Part shown: piece after piece, positions 9,428-19,386 of the stretch
Numbering within the stretch: position 1 is the first letter of the stretch
Layout: the number at the start of each line of letters is the position of its first letter
Assembly: GCA_902608845.1 (NCBI GenBank)
Contig: CACLPR010000001.1
Coordinates: 19,375-83,374 of the forward strand
DNA: 64,000 nucleotides
Direction: 5' to 3'
Source: an uncultured Pelagibacteraceae bacterium
GTDB taxonomy: Bacteria; Pseudomonadota; Alphaproteobacteria; Pelagibacterales; Pelagibacteraceae
Notes under the pieces: model-generated
What the model was told of the DNA's origin: nothing
Seen by the model: only the letters and a program-made list of their open reading frames with translations
Database searches by the model: none
Position numbers and translations under genes: made by a program

Positions 9428-10441
9428 CTATTTTCTTGTCCCAAGATCTCTTCTAAGAACGTCGATATATACTGCTAATACTATAATAGATCCGATTAGA
9501 ACCTGTTGCCAAAATGAACTTACATCCATCAGATTAAGACCATTTCTTAAAATACCCATGATCATTACACCTGCAAAAACTCCAAGAACTGTACCTCTTC
9601 CTCCAAAAAAACTCGCTCCACCAATAATGCATGCTGCTATTGCATCTAACTCAGATTGTAATCCAGCGTTTGGATATCCCGAGTCTGTTCGTCCAGCTAA
9701 AATAAGTGCTCCAATTCCAGATAAAAAACCGCAAAGTGAGTAGACTATTACAAGAATTTTATTAACGTTTATACCAGAGGCTCTTGCAGCATTAGGATTT
9801 CCTCCAATTGCATAAATCCATTTTCCTGTTCGAGTTTTGTTCATAAATATCCAAAAAATTATATAAACAATTGCAATGAGAACTAAACTGACTGGTAAAT
9901 ATTGTGATTTTTCTAAACCAAGCCAGGTTAAATCAATCCGTCCATGACCAAGATATCTAACTTCGTCTGTAAAACCACTTATTGGTGTTCCACCTGAAAT
10001 TAAATTCCCTGTACCTCTAAAAATATACAATGTACCTAAAGTCATTATGAAAGGATGAGGCATCCTCAATAGAGTTATTCCTAATCCATTAAATAGACCA
10101 CATAAAAATCCTGCGATCAAAGGGGTTATTACTACGATATACCAGGGTGCCCCTGCTTTTGCGACTATTGCGAGGATCATTAACGACAACATCATTATGG
10201 ATCCAACCGATAAATCAATCCCTGCTGTAACTATCACCATAAACACACCTAATGCTAACATCGATTGCCAAGAAATTTGTTTGAATACGTTGGTAACATT
10301 TCTCCAAGACAAGAAAACGTCTGGCTGAAGGAAGTGCATTACTACAATCATTATTACCAGTAGCAATAATATTCCATACTTTTCAAGGTATGGCATTATT
10401 TTTAAATATAGTGAATTTTTTTCTTGATCTTTATTTTCCAT
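9428..10441 (-). CDS. Sugar ABC transporter permease (RbsC-like)
   Basis: GIDLSVGS, YAIGGNPNAARASGI and ELDAIAACIIGGASFFGG. Confidence 0.92.
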   Translation of the reverse strand: MENKDQEKNSLYLKIMPYLEKYGILLLLVIMIVVMHFLQPDVFLSWRNVTNVFKQISWQSMLALGVFMVIVTAGIDLSVGSIMMLSLMILAIVAKAGAPWYIVVITPLIAGFLCGLFNGLGITLLRMPHPFIMTLGTLYIFRGTGNLISGGTPISGFTDEVRYLGHGRIDLTWLGLEKSQYLPVSLVLIAIVYIIFWIFMNKTRTGKWIYAIGGNPNAARASGINVNKILVIVYSLCGFLSGIGALILAGRTDSGYPNAGLQSELDAIAACIIGGASFFGGRGTVLGVFAGVMIMGILRNGLNLMDVSSFWQQVLIGSIIVLAVYIDVLRRDLGTRK

Positions 10442-10443
10442 AA

Positions 10444-11193
10444 TTATTTTTTACCCATAATCCAACCTATTACTTCATCTCTTGAAGTTTTAGATAATTC
10501 AGATTCTGCAAAATTTGTTCCTTGGAATAAGGCCATCACACGATCACACACGGCAAAAATATCATCCATTCTATGACTGATAACTATTACTCCAACACCT
10601 GTTTGTTTTAAACTATTTATAAGGTCTAGAACTTTACCAACTTCTTTAATTGCAAGTGCAGCAGTTGGTTCATCCATTATTACAACTTTAGCATTAAATG
10701 CTGTTGATCTTGCAATTGCAACTGCTTGCCTTTGACCACCTGAAAGTTCTTCTACTTTTTGATCAGCACTTTTGACATTAATTTTTAATTTACCAAGATG
10801 CGCATCAGTAAGTTCTTTAATTTTTTTATAATCTAGAAATTTAAGTAGTCCAAGATTTTTAGTTGGTTCACGTCCTAAAAAAATATTTTCACCTATTGGA
10901 AGATTTCCAGCTAATGCCAAGTCTTGATAAACCATCTCTAGACCTAAATTTTGAGAGTCTTTTGGACTTTCTAAAATCTTCTCTTTACCGTCAAAGAATA
11001 ATGAGCCTGCACTTGGTTTGTATAGCCCTGATAAAACCTTCATTAAAGTTGATTTTCCAGCTCCATTATCGCCCACAACACCAAGACATTCTCCTGCATG
11101 TATCTTTAAATTTACATTCTCGAGAGCTGTTATGGTTCCAAAATATTTTGTTACACTTTTTGCTTCTAGAAGTAATTGATTAATTGATGACAT
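10444..11193 (-). CDS. Sugar ABC transporter ATP-binding protein (single NBD)
   Basis: GDNGAGKST, LSGGQRQ, IMDEPT and ISH; start moved to the ATG at 11193 to avoid overlap with the upstream gene. Confidence 0.9.
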   Translation of the reverse strand: MSSINQLLLEAKSVTKYFGTITALENVNLKIHAGECLGVVGDNGAGKSTLMKVLSGLYKPSAGSLFFDGKEKILESPKDSQNLGLEMVYQDLALAGNLPIGENIFLGREPTKNLGLLKFLDYKKIKELTDAHLGKLKINVKSADQKVEELSGGQRQAVAIARSTAFNAKVVIMDEPTAALAIKEVGKVLDLINSLKQTGVGVIVISHRMDDIFAVCDRVMALFQGTNFAESELSKTSRDEVIGWIMGKK

Positions 11194-11215
11194 AAGTGAA
11201 GAAAATATAAAAAAA

Positions 11216-12238
11216 TCAGTTAATTGCAACAGGTTTTGAGGCTAACAGATTTACCGTTTTTCTTTGAGCCCTTTTGCAGAATTTTGGAGGCATTTTTTTT
11301 AAAATTAAGTTCATATCTTTTAGAACAATATCACCCATTTCGAAAAAAGCCTGTTCTAAAGCTCCGGCTCTATGAGCTGAAAACAATATATTTTTAAGCT
11401 TTCTAATTGGATCATTTTTTTTTACAGGTTCTTCAGGAAATACATCTGTTGCGACATATATATCTCCCTTTTTAATTCTTTTTTTTAGGTCCACAAAATT
11501 AACGATTGCTGCTCTACTCATTAAAACAAAAACTGATTTAGGTTTCATTTTATTTAATAATTTTTTGCTTATTAAATTTTTGTTTTTGGTTGTGACAGTT
11601 GCTAGAACATAAATAATCTCACAATCACTAAACATTTTATTTAAATTAATAGACTTAAAACCAGCTTTTTTTATTATTTTATTTGGAACCCAAGGGTCAT
11701 AAACATTAATATTTTTTGTAAATGGTATCAGCAATGGATAAAGCGCCTTAGCTAAATCTCCAAAACCAAGTAAACCAATTTTTTTATTTGTCAAAAGGGA
11801 AGCATTCAAATTACTCTTTAAACCATATTTTTCTTTACCTTTTACAAAATCAAAATGAGCATTATGTATATTTCTTAATAAAGACAAAGTCATACCTAAG
11901 GCTATTTCAGCAACAGGCTTTGAAAAAACAGGTGATGTAGCAATGACATCAATTTTTTTTTTAAAGCAATAATCATAGTCAATATTATCCATAAAATTAC
12001 TTTCGACATTTATAATACATTTCAACTTAGAAGCTTTTGATAAAAGATTTTTATCAAGATCTGGCTGACCCATTATAAAAGTAGCTTTATGAATATTTTT
12101 TTCATAAAAATCTTTTTTATTTAACTTAGGAGCAGTTATTAATTTATATTTTAATTTTAATTCCTTAAGTTTTTTTCTTGAAAAGATTAAATCTAATCTT
12201 CTTGGATATGGATCAGAAATAACTATATGTTTATTCAC
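11216..12238 (-). CDS. D-isomer-specific 2-hydroxyacid dehydrogenase
   Basis: GFGDLA Rossmann motif, YDPW, SRA, DVFPEEP and SAHRAG; GTG start. Confidence 0.82.
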   Translation of the reverse strand: MNKHIVISDPYPRRLDLIFSRKKLKELKLKYKLITAPKLNKKDFYEKNIHKATFIMGQPDLDKNLLSKASKLKCIINVESNFMDNIDYDYCFKKKIDVIATSPVFSKPVAEIALGMTLSLLRNIHNAHFDFVKGKEKYGLKSNLNASLLTNKKIGLLGFGDLAKALYPLLIPFTKNINVYDPWVPNKIIKKAGFKSINLNKMFSDCEIIYVLATVTTKNKNLISKKLLNKMKPKSVFVLMSRAAIVNFVDLKKRIKKGDIYVATDVFPEEPVKKNDPIRKLKNILFSAHRAGALEQAFFEMGDIVLKDMNLILKKMPPKFCKRAQRKTVNLLASKPVAIN

Positions 12239-12245
12239 GGTCTAT

Positions 12246-13403
12246 TTATTTAAGTAATTTCTTTGCATCTATTTCTAAAAACTTTTTTGGTTTTACACAG
12301 TTAGAATTAATTGACACAGATGTTCCAAATTTAGCTGCTTTCATAATAGAGGTAATAATTTCTAATACATGTAAAGATATCTCACCATTACATAAATGTT
12401 TTCTTTTATTCTCAATTGAATATGCCATTTCAGATAATCCAGCTCCTCGATAGTTTGCATTAGTTGGTGCTTCGTTAGCTCTAGAACTTTGTGTTCTTAT
12501 GTTAATACGTCCCAAAGACATTTTTGTAGTCTTAAATTCTCTCCAATTTTCCCCTAATTTATTACAAGTTAACACTGATCCACCAAACATGTTTGGGTCA
12601 GGAACAATCATTGAGCCCTTTTCTCCATATAATTCAATGTGATTTCTTTGATGAGCTATTACATCAAATGATAATGTTAATCTTATAACGGAGTTATTTT
12701 TAAAAGTGATTGTAGATAAATAAGTAGTTGGACATTCTACCTTAAATTTTTTTCCTTTTTTGGGTCCTATACCAATAGTTCTATATTTTTGACCTTGAAT
12801 GATGGTGCTAGTTACTTTTTTTGCAGGTCCTAACAGATTTACTAAAGTGGTAATATAATACGGTCCCATATCTATAACAGGGCCTCCTTCATTTTTTGCA
12901 AACCAAGGTTCAGGGTTAGGATGATAAGACTCAATTCCAGGAAAAGCAAAAACTGCATTGCCTAATTTAATTTTTCCGATTATGTTTTTTTCAACTAGTT
13001 CTTTTGATTTTTGAATTCCACCACCCAAAAATGTATCAGGAGCATTGCCTAAATATAATTTTTTTTTCTTTGATAATTTTATTAAATCTTTTCCATCTTT
13101 TAAATTTATTGCTAATGGTTTTTCAGAGTATACATGTTTTCCATTTGTTAAAGCATTTTTAGATATTGAATAATGCGCTTTTGGAATTGTAAGGTTTAAA
13201 ATAATTTCAACCTCTTTATCTTTTAGCAGTTCATTTACAGTTAAAAATTTTATTCCATAGTTTAATGCACAACGTTTTGCAGCTTTCAAATTAATATCTG
13301 CACATTTGACAATTTTAATATTATTGAAATATTTTTCAGCTCTAAAATATGTTTCAGCGATATGTCCACAACCTATTAAACCAATTTTAAAAACCTTATT
13401 CAT
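12246..13403 (-). CDS. Gfo/Idh/MocA oxidoreductase
   Basis: GCGHIA, GKHVYSEKP, APDTFLGGG and DMGPYY. Confidence 0.88.
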   Translation of the reverse strand: MNKVFKIGLIGCGHIAETYFRAEKYFNNIKIVKCADINLKAAKRCALNYGIKFLTVNELLKDKEVEIILNLTIPKAHYSISKNALTNGKHVYSEKPLAINLKDGKDLIKLSKKKKLYLGNAPDTFLGGGIQKSKELVEKNIIGKIKLGNAVFAFPGIESYHPNPEPWFAKNEGGPVIDMGPYYITTLVNLLGPAKKVTSTIIQGQKYRTIGIGPKKGKKFKVECPTTYLSTITFKNNSVIRLTLSFDVIAHQRNHIELYGEKGSMIVPDPNMFGGSVLTCNKLGENWREFKTTKMSLGRINIRTQSSRANEAPTNANYRGAGLSEMAYSIENKRKHLCNGEISLHVLEIITSIMKAAKFGTSVSINSNCVKPKKFLEIDAKKLLK

Positions 13404-13412
13404 AAAAAGTTT

Positions 13413-15257
13413 TTAAACACCTTGTCTCTGTTTTGATTTTCCTTCTTTATGGAGTTTTAGTGCTTCTTCATTTTCTTTTGATGTTGGTATTTCAAGCGTA
13501 GGACTTTCCCAATAAGCAGATCCCTCAAGCCATTCATAACTATGTGTTTTGATTGAAATGACATAAGTGATTTCTGACTGCTTAGCTCTTTTAAATGCCT
13601 CTTCTAATTCTGAAATACTAGAAACATGTTCTGATTTTGCACCCATACTTGCAGCATGTTGAGCAAAATTAACTTCTTTTAAATCTTGAACATTTGATGA
13701 ATTAAATAAACAATTAAATTCTTTTCCACCCTTGAACAATTGAAGTCTATTTATAACAGCATGACCTCCATTATCACACACGATAATTATTAATTTGTTA
13801 TTCGTTAATACTGAAGAATATATGTCAGAATTGTTTAATAAATATGAACCATCTCCTACAAATGCAATGACATCTTTATCTGGGTTTGCCATTTTAATTC
13901 CAAGAGCACCGGAAATTTCATAACTCATGCAACTAAATCCCCACTCTGTCTCATGTGTATTTAACTCTTTTGGCCGCCAAACTTGAACAACTTCTCCGAC
14001 CAAACCTCCTGCTGCTGTAACAGCTATATCAGTTGGATCTGAATTCCTATAAATTGCTCCAACAGCGTGAGCATAACTTGGTAAATCTTGATTAGTTGGA
14101 CCACTCTCTTTATCTACATATTCATTCCAAGACCTAAGCTCATCTTGTGATTTTTTATGCCAATTATCAGATGATCTCCAATCTCCAAGTACATTTGATA
14201 ATTCTATTAATGATACTTTTGCATCTCCAATAACTGCGTCTGCTAAATGTTTATTTGCATCATGTCTAGCAATATTAATTGAAACTAACTTAAATTGAGG
14301 ATTTTCAAAATTCGCCCATGATCCAGTTGTAAAGTCAGCTAACTTTGTACCAATACAAATAGCTAAATCAGTTTCTTTAGCTAAATTATTTGCAGCCTTT
14401 CCTCCAAGTCCTCCTATTGGTCCTACAAAATGAGAATGATCTCTTTTCATTGTTGAGTATCCCATAACTGTTTGAGTTACTGGTATATTATGTTTAACTG
14501 CAAAATTGCTTAACTCTTCCATGGCGTCAGAATAAAATACCCCTCCACCTGAAATTATAATTGGGTTTTTGGAATTCTTAATTCTTTCAACAGCTTGTTT
14601 AATTTGAAAATCATCTGGCTTGGGTCTTCTAATATTGTGAACTCTTTCTTTAAAGAATTCTTCGGGATATTCAAATGTTTCTCCTTGTACATCTTGGCAT
14701 AAAGATAAACACGCAGGACCACAATCTGCTGGATCTAACATGGTTTGAATTGCTTGAGGAAGTGACTGTAATATTTGCTCTGGTCTTGTAATTCTATCAA
14801 AATATTTTGTAACTGGTTTAAATGAGTCGTTAGCTGTCATTCCTGGATTTGAAAAGTGTTCAACCTGTTGCAAAACTGGATCTGGCATTCTATTTGCATA
14901 AGTATCTCCAGGTAAAAATAAAATTGGCAATCTATTACTCATCGCTACTGCTGATGCTGTAACTAGATTTGTAGATCCTGGTCCAACCGAACTTGTTGCA
15001 ATAAAAATTTGCTTTCTTCTTTTTGCTCTTGAAAAAGCAATGCCTGTTAAAGCCATATTTTGTTCATGATGACCTCTAAATGTTGGAAGTTTATCTTTAT
15101 TTTCCTCTAAAGCTTGCCCAATACATGCTACATTTCCATGTCCAAAAATACCAAAAGCTCCTGGGAATAAAGGTTCAACCTTACCATCTATATAGATTTT
15201 CTGTGCAATTAAGTGTTTAACTAAGGCATGTGCGCAAGTAAGCTTTATTTTTTTCAT
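13413..15257 (-). CDS. iolD: 3D-(3,5/4)-trihydroxycyclohexane-1,2-dione acylhydrolase
   Basis: IFGHGNV, SSVGPGSTN, PDPVLQQVE, GFSCMSYEI and ThDP motif GDGS...DN. Confidence 0.93.
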   Translation of the reverse strand: MKKIKLTCAHALVKHLIAQKIYIDGKVEPLFPGAFGIFGHGNVACIGQALEENKDKLPTFRGHHEQNMALTGIAFSRAKRRKQIFIATSSVGPGSTNLVTASAVAMSNRLPILFLPGDTYANRMPDPVLQQVEHFSNPGMTANDSFKPVTKYFDRITRPEQILQSLPQAIQTMLDPADCGPACLSLCQDVQGETFEYPEEFFKERVHNIRRPKPDDFQIKQAVERIKNSKNPIIISGGGVFYSDAMEELSNFAVKHNIPVTQTVMGYSTMKRDHSHFVGPIGGLGGKAANNLAKETDLAICIGTKLADFTTGSWANFENPQFKLVSINIARHDANKHLADAVIGDAKVSLIELSNVLGDWRSSDNWHKKSQDELRSWNEYVDKESGPTNQDLPSYAHAVGAIYRNSDPTDIAVTAAGGLVGEVVQVWRPKELNTHETEWGFSCMSYEISGALGIKMANPDKDVIAFVGDGSYLLNNSDIYSSVLTNNKLIIIVCDNGGHAVINRLQLFKGGKEFNCLFNSSNVQDLKEVNFAQHAASMGAKSEHVSSISELEEAFKRAKQSEITYVISIKTHSYEWLEGSAYWESPTLEIPTSKENEEALKLHKEGKSKQRQGV

Positions 15258-15312
15258 TTTTCTAGTTATATTCTCATCAAATATTCAACTAATTAACCAC
15301 AAAATAAAAATT

Positions 15313-16755
15313 ATGTATAGCAAATTTGGACAATTCATTGACGGCAAATGGCAAGCATCACAAAATAATGAAACTTATGATGTTTTAAATCCTGCAACTG
15401 AAGAAGTTTTAGGTAAAGCATCTAAAGCAGGTGAAGAAGATGTAAACAAAGCACTTAAGTCTGCAGAAAAAGGTCTTGAAGTTTGGAGAAATACTCCACC
15501 TTGGCAAAGATCAAAAATTATAAGAAAAATTGCCGATCTTATGAGAGAGAGAACTGACGTTTTGGCTAAGTGGTTAACATTAGAAGTTGGAAAGCCACTA
15601 TCAGAAGCAAAAGGGGAAGTTGGCGGAGCTGCAGATATTTTTGAGTGGAACTCTGAAGAAACAAAAAGAATTTATGGTCAGATAGTTGAAAGTAGATTTG
15701 AACATACAAGAATGTATGTAAAATATGAACCTGTTGGAGTTGTTGCTGGATTAATACCATGGAACTTTCCAATAGTTTTATCCTCAAGAAAAATTTCTAC
15801 TGCTTTAGCTGCAGGATGTTCAGTAATTTGTAAGCCTGATGTAATTACTCCAGGTAGTGTAATGGAACTTATGAATATTATAAATGATGCGGGGGTTCCT
15901 CCAGGAGTAGTAAATTTATTATCTGGTGATCCAGCTAAAATCTCATCTCAATTAATATCATCTGATATAGTGAAAAAAGTTTCTATTACTGGTTCAACAA
16001 GAGTTGGAAAACTAATTTTAAAACAAGCTGCTGAAAAAGTCCAAAGAGTTACAATGGAATTAAGTGGCCATTCACCTTTCATTGTTTTTGACGACGTAGA
16101 TATTAACAAGGTAACCGACATGGCAATTACTGCTAAATTTAGAAATAATGGTCAAGTTTGTATATCACCAGCAAGATTTTATATTCATGAAAGTAAAAAA
16201 GATGAATTTGCTAAAAAATTAGTTGAAAAGGTTAGTAAACTGAAAGTTGGTAACGGAATGGATGAAGATACAATTCTAGGACCTTTAACTACAGAAAAAA
16301 GATTAAATGAAATAGAGGCATTAGTAGAAAAAACTAAAAGTGAGGGAGCAACGGTTTTATGTGGGGGAAAGAGACCAGCTGGTTTTAATAAAGGATATTT
16401 CTATGAACCAACTGTTTTTGACAATGTTAAAGATAATTTTACAATTGCTAAAGAAGAGCCCTTTGGACCTTTAGTTCCATTGCTTACTTTTAAAAACACA
16501 GATGAAGTTGTGGAAAGAGCAAATGACAATGACCTTGGTTTAGCAAGCTATATTTACACAAATTCTTTAGAAAAAGCACACAAAGTCTCAGAAAAAATGG
16601 AAACTGGAACATGCGCAGTGAACCATCCAACAATTGCATTTGCTGAAGTACCTTTTGGAGGAATAAAACAAACAGGTTATGGAAGAGAAGGTGGTTCAAT
16701 GGCTATCAAAGATTATTTGAACGTAAAGTACACTCACTTCGGTCTCAATTATTAA
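15313..16755 (+). CDS. NAD(P)-dependent aldehyde dehydrogenase (SSADH / alpha-ketoglutaric semialdehyde dehydrogenase-like)
   Basis: PWNFP, TGSTRVG, MELSGH, KFRNNGQVCISP and EPFGP; the GDPAKIS and VCISP features recall the AraE-type KGSA dehydrogenase. Confidence 0.85.
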   Translation: MYSKFGQFIDGKWQASQNNETYDVLNPATEEVLGKASKAGEEDVNKALKSAEKGLEVWRNTPPWQRSKIIRKIADLMRERTDVLAKWLTLEVGKPLSEAKGEVGGAADIFEWNSEETKRIYGQIVESRFEHTRMYVKYEPVGVVAGLIPWNFPIVLSSRKISTALAAGCSVICKPDVITPGSVMELMNIINDAGVPPGVVNLLSGDPAKISSQLISSDIVKKVSITGSTRVGKLILKQAAEKVQRVTMELSGHSPFIVFDDVDINKVTDMAITAKFRNNGQVCISPARFYIHESKKDEFAKKLVEKVSKLKVGNGMDEDTILGPLTTEKRLNEIEALVEKTKSEGATVLCGGKRPAGFNKGYFYEPTVFDNVKDNFTIAKEEPFGPLVPLLTFKNTDEVVERANDNDLGLASYIYTNSLEKAHKVSEKMETGTCAVNHPTIAFAEVPFGGIKQTGYGREGGSMAIKDYLNVKYTHFGLNY

Positions 16756-17546
16756 TGAGAAAAAATAAAGTCAAACAAATGATGGCTGATGGTAAGCCTG
16801 TTGTAAATGGTTGGTTACAAATACCAAGCACTGTATCAGCAGAAGTTATGGCGCATCAAGGTTGGGACTCTCTAACTGTAGATATGCAACATGGACTTGT
16901 TGATTACACAAATGCACTTCCAATGCTTCAAACAATTTCATCAACTGATGTAACTCCTCTTGCTAGAGTAAATTGGAATGAACCAGGCCAAATAATGAAA
17001 ATTTTAGACGCTGGTTGTTATGGAATTATATGTCCAATGGTAAGTAACAAAGAAGAGGCGGAAAGATTTGTTCAAGCTTGTATGTATCCTCCAAGAGGAT
17101 ATAGAAGTTTTGGTCCTGTTAGAGGATTGATTTATGGTGGAGCTGATTATGCCGACCATGCAAATGATGAAATTTTAAAATTAGCTATGATTGAAACAAA
17201 AGAGTCATTAGATAAATTAGATGAGATTATGTCAACAGATGGCGTAGATGGAATATATATTGGTCCAGCTGACTTAAGTTTAGCAATAGGAGAAAAGCCT
17301 GGGTTTGACAGAGCAGAAAATACAAAAGCTTATTCAGAAATATTAAGAATATTAGAGCATGCCAAAAAAAATAATATATTTGCAGGAATTCATAATGGAA
17401 CACCAGAGTACGCACAAAAAATGATCGATAAAGGTTTTAACTTTGTAACTATTGGTGCAGATCAAAGAGCAATGAGCGCAGGTGCTAAAGCAATTGTTGA
17501 AAAAATGAAAGGCTCAATAAGCAAAAAAGAATCTGAAACTTATTAA
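16755..17546 (+). CDS. HpcH/HpaI class II pyruvate aldolase
   Basis: DMQHG, ARV, LDAG..GIICPMV, YPPRGYRSFGP, MIET and IGPADL; TAATG coupling to the ALDH gene. Confidence 0.9.
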   Translation: MRKNKVKQMMADGKPVVNGWLQIPSTVSAEVMAHQGWDSLTVDMQHGLVDYTNALPMLQTISSTDVTPLARVNWNEPGQIMKILDAGCYGIICPMVSNKEEAERFVQACMYPPRGYRSFGPVRGLIYGGADYADHANDEILKLAMIETKESLDKLDEIMSTDGVDGIYIGPADLSLAIGEKPGFDRAENTKAYSEILRILEHAKKNNIFAGIHNGTPEYAQKMIDKGFNFVTIGADQRAMSAGAKAIVEKMKGSISKKESETY

Positions 17547-18358
17547 TCAAGCTTATCAAGAAAAGACTCGAACTCTTTTTTATTTAAATTTGAAGATTGT
17601 TTTTTTCCTGGAAATTTTCCCGCCATTGAATCTTTTTTGAATGCCTTAAGAGCTCGAACTCTCTCAACTTTTATTTCATTTTTTAATTTTAATAAATTTC
17701 CATAAGCTTTTGAATGTCTTGGAGGATTTAAAGTATCTCCACATATGTCTTCCATGAACAGATACATTACGTCAGCTTTCTTTCCTGAACCTAAAGAGAC
17801 TGTAACTATATTCGTTCTTTTTGAGATTTCTCCCATTACATTTTCTGGGATAACCTCACATTCGGCAGAAAAAGCTCCTGCATCTTCTAATCTTTTAAAT
17901 TTTAAAAAAAGTTCATGTGCCTCTTCACTATTTTTTCCTACTGCTCTTAAACCACCAATCCACGTAGATTTTCTTGGAACTAAACCAAGATGTCCCATAA
18001 CTGGAACATCCTCATTAGCCAGCATTTCTATGATCTTCATACTTCTAGGTGTCATTACAGCATCAGCTCCATTTTCTAGGGCTTCAAACGCTCCTCTCAT
18101 GATATCTTCCGAAGTGACAAACTTATTTAATACTAACGCAGCAGTTAAAAATAGATTTTTTGATCCCTCTCTCACATGTTTCACATTAAAAGCATTGCAG
18201 ATTATCATGTCAAACCCAGCCTTCTCTGCAGCCTCAGCTTCATCTATTGTATTAGCTGTGACTTGAGTAAATTTTTTTTTTCCTTTTGCTTTTTTAAGAT
18301 CATCAACTGTAAGAGTTCTGTTAGCAGGTTGAGCGGCCCAAGTATAAATCTTTTTCAT
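17543..18358 (-). CDS. Divergent PanB-like (ketopantoate hydroxymethyltransferase fold) protein
   Basis: PVMGHLGLVP, GGLRAVGK, LEDAGAF..E.E and G.FP retained; GDS and ADMPF metal-ligand motifs missing. Confidence 0.75.
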   Translation of the reverse strand: MKKIYTWAAQPANRTLTVDDLKKAKGKKKFTQVTANTIDEAEAAEKAGFDMIICNAFNVKHVREGSKNLFLTAALVLNKFVTSEDIMRGAFEALENGADAVMTPRSMKIIEMLANEDVPVMGHLGLVPRKSTWIGGLRAVGKNSEEAHELFLKFKRLEDAGAFSAECEVIPENVMGEISKRTNIVTVSLGSGKKADVMYLFMEDICGDTLNPPRHSKAYGNLLKLKNEIKVERVRALKAFKKDSMAGKFPGKKQSSNLNKKEFESFLDKLD

Positions 18359-19323
18359 TTTATATTTTTTAATTCTTTATAGATATTATTCACTCTATGT
18401 ACTTCTTGTGCAATATTAAAGTACCCTTCATATTCAATTTCATCTGGTGAAACGTCAAAATGATAATGTCCAGCATCATTCTTATGCTCATATGAGTGAA
18501 AGTGAGTATGCTCACCGGACTCTCTTAAATTTAATTCTCCTCCCGTTGGATCACCAGTCCATAAAACAGTATAGCATTGTAATTTTGGTCCAACAGGCTC
18601 ATAAAATTGTAGAAAATCTTTTGTGCATTTCATCAATTGTGGATCATAATATTCATGTTTTATATCCTTATAATCTGGTTGTACATGTGATCTTATTTTT
18701 CCATTCAAAACTCTAAATACACCAGCAAGAGCAATATGATCTTTATTCCCAATTTTAAGATTTTCTGAAAGTACTGCTCTTATTGATTGAGGTAATGAAC
18801 CTTGTTTTCCAATTCTTTTTTTTATCTTTAAATATATAACTTTTCCTTTAACACCATCTGAATAATAAACATTACCCAGCCCGCCATGTTTGCTTGCAGT
18901 ATAGTCCTCTACTATACATTCTTTATCTTTTCCTACCCTAGCAATTAAAGATTTATTTTCTTTAGTAATAAAGTTTTCATTTATAACCAATTCTCCACAG
19001 TGTCCATCCAGGCAAGACATTGCACCAGATCCTGCGCCAAGTGCGTACGATCTTTCTGATCCAATCATTTTAGAGATTTCAAAATAATCAAATTCTGTTC
19101 CAAGATATTTAGGATCATGCATGTAAGGCTCCCCTCCAACATCGATTATCTTTTGGTTACCACTCATGCCTTCAGACGGACAATCCCAGTTTCTTAAATT
19201 TGGACAATCAATTACTTCTGCTTTTACACTGTCATAATTCTTTGACAGACCTTTTTCTAATGCGTTTGATATTTCTTCTAACTTAAATTTTTTGAAAATT
19301 CCTTTTTCTATTTTTAATTCCAT
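18355..19323 (-). CDS. DUF1907/PTD012 (C11orf54) family zinc enzyme
   Basis: LEE...L.KGL..NY, DCPNL, DVGG.PY, LGAG.G, SHVQP and EHTHF...GHYHFD..PD..EYEGYF align with recalled human C11orf54. Confidence 0.85.
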   Translation of the reverse strand: MELKIEKGIFKKFKLEEISNALEKGLSKNYDSVKAEVIDCPNLRNWDCPSEGMSGNQKIIDVGGEPYMHDPKYLGTEFDYFEISKMIGSERSYALGAGSGAMSCLDGHCGELVINENFITKENKSLIARVGKDKECIVEDYTASKHGGLGNVYYSDGVKGKVIYLKIKKRIGKQGSLPQSIRAVLSENLKIGNKDHIALAGVFRVLNGKIRSHVQPDYKDIKHEYYDPQLMKCTKDFLQFYEPVGPKLQCYTVLWTGDPTGGELNLRESGEHTHFHSYEHKNDAGHYHFDVSPDEIEYEGYFNIAQEVHRVNNIYKELKNIK

Positions 19324-19386
19324 ATATAAATTAGTTACATAATATATTGCATAATTTTTTTACATAAATATATTTCGACTTTAAAA

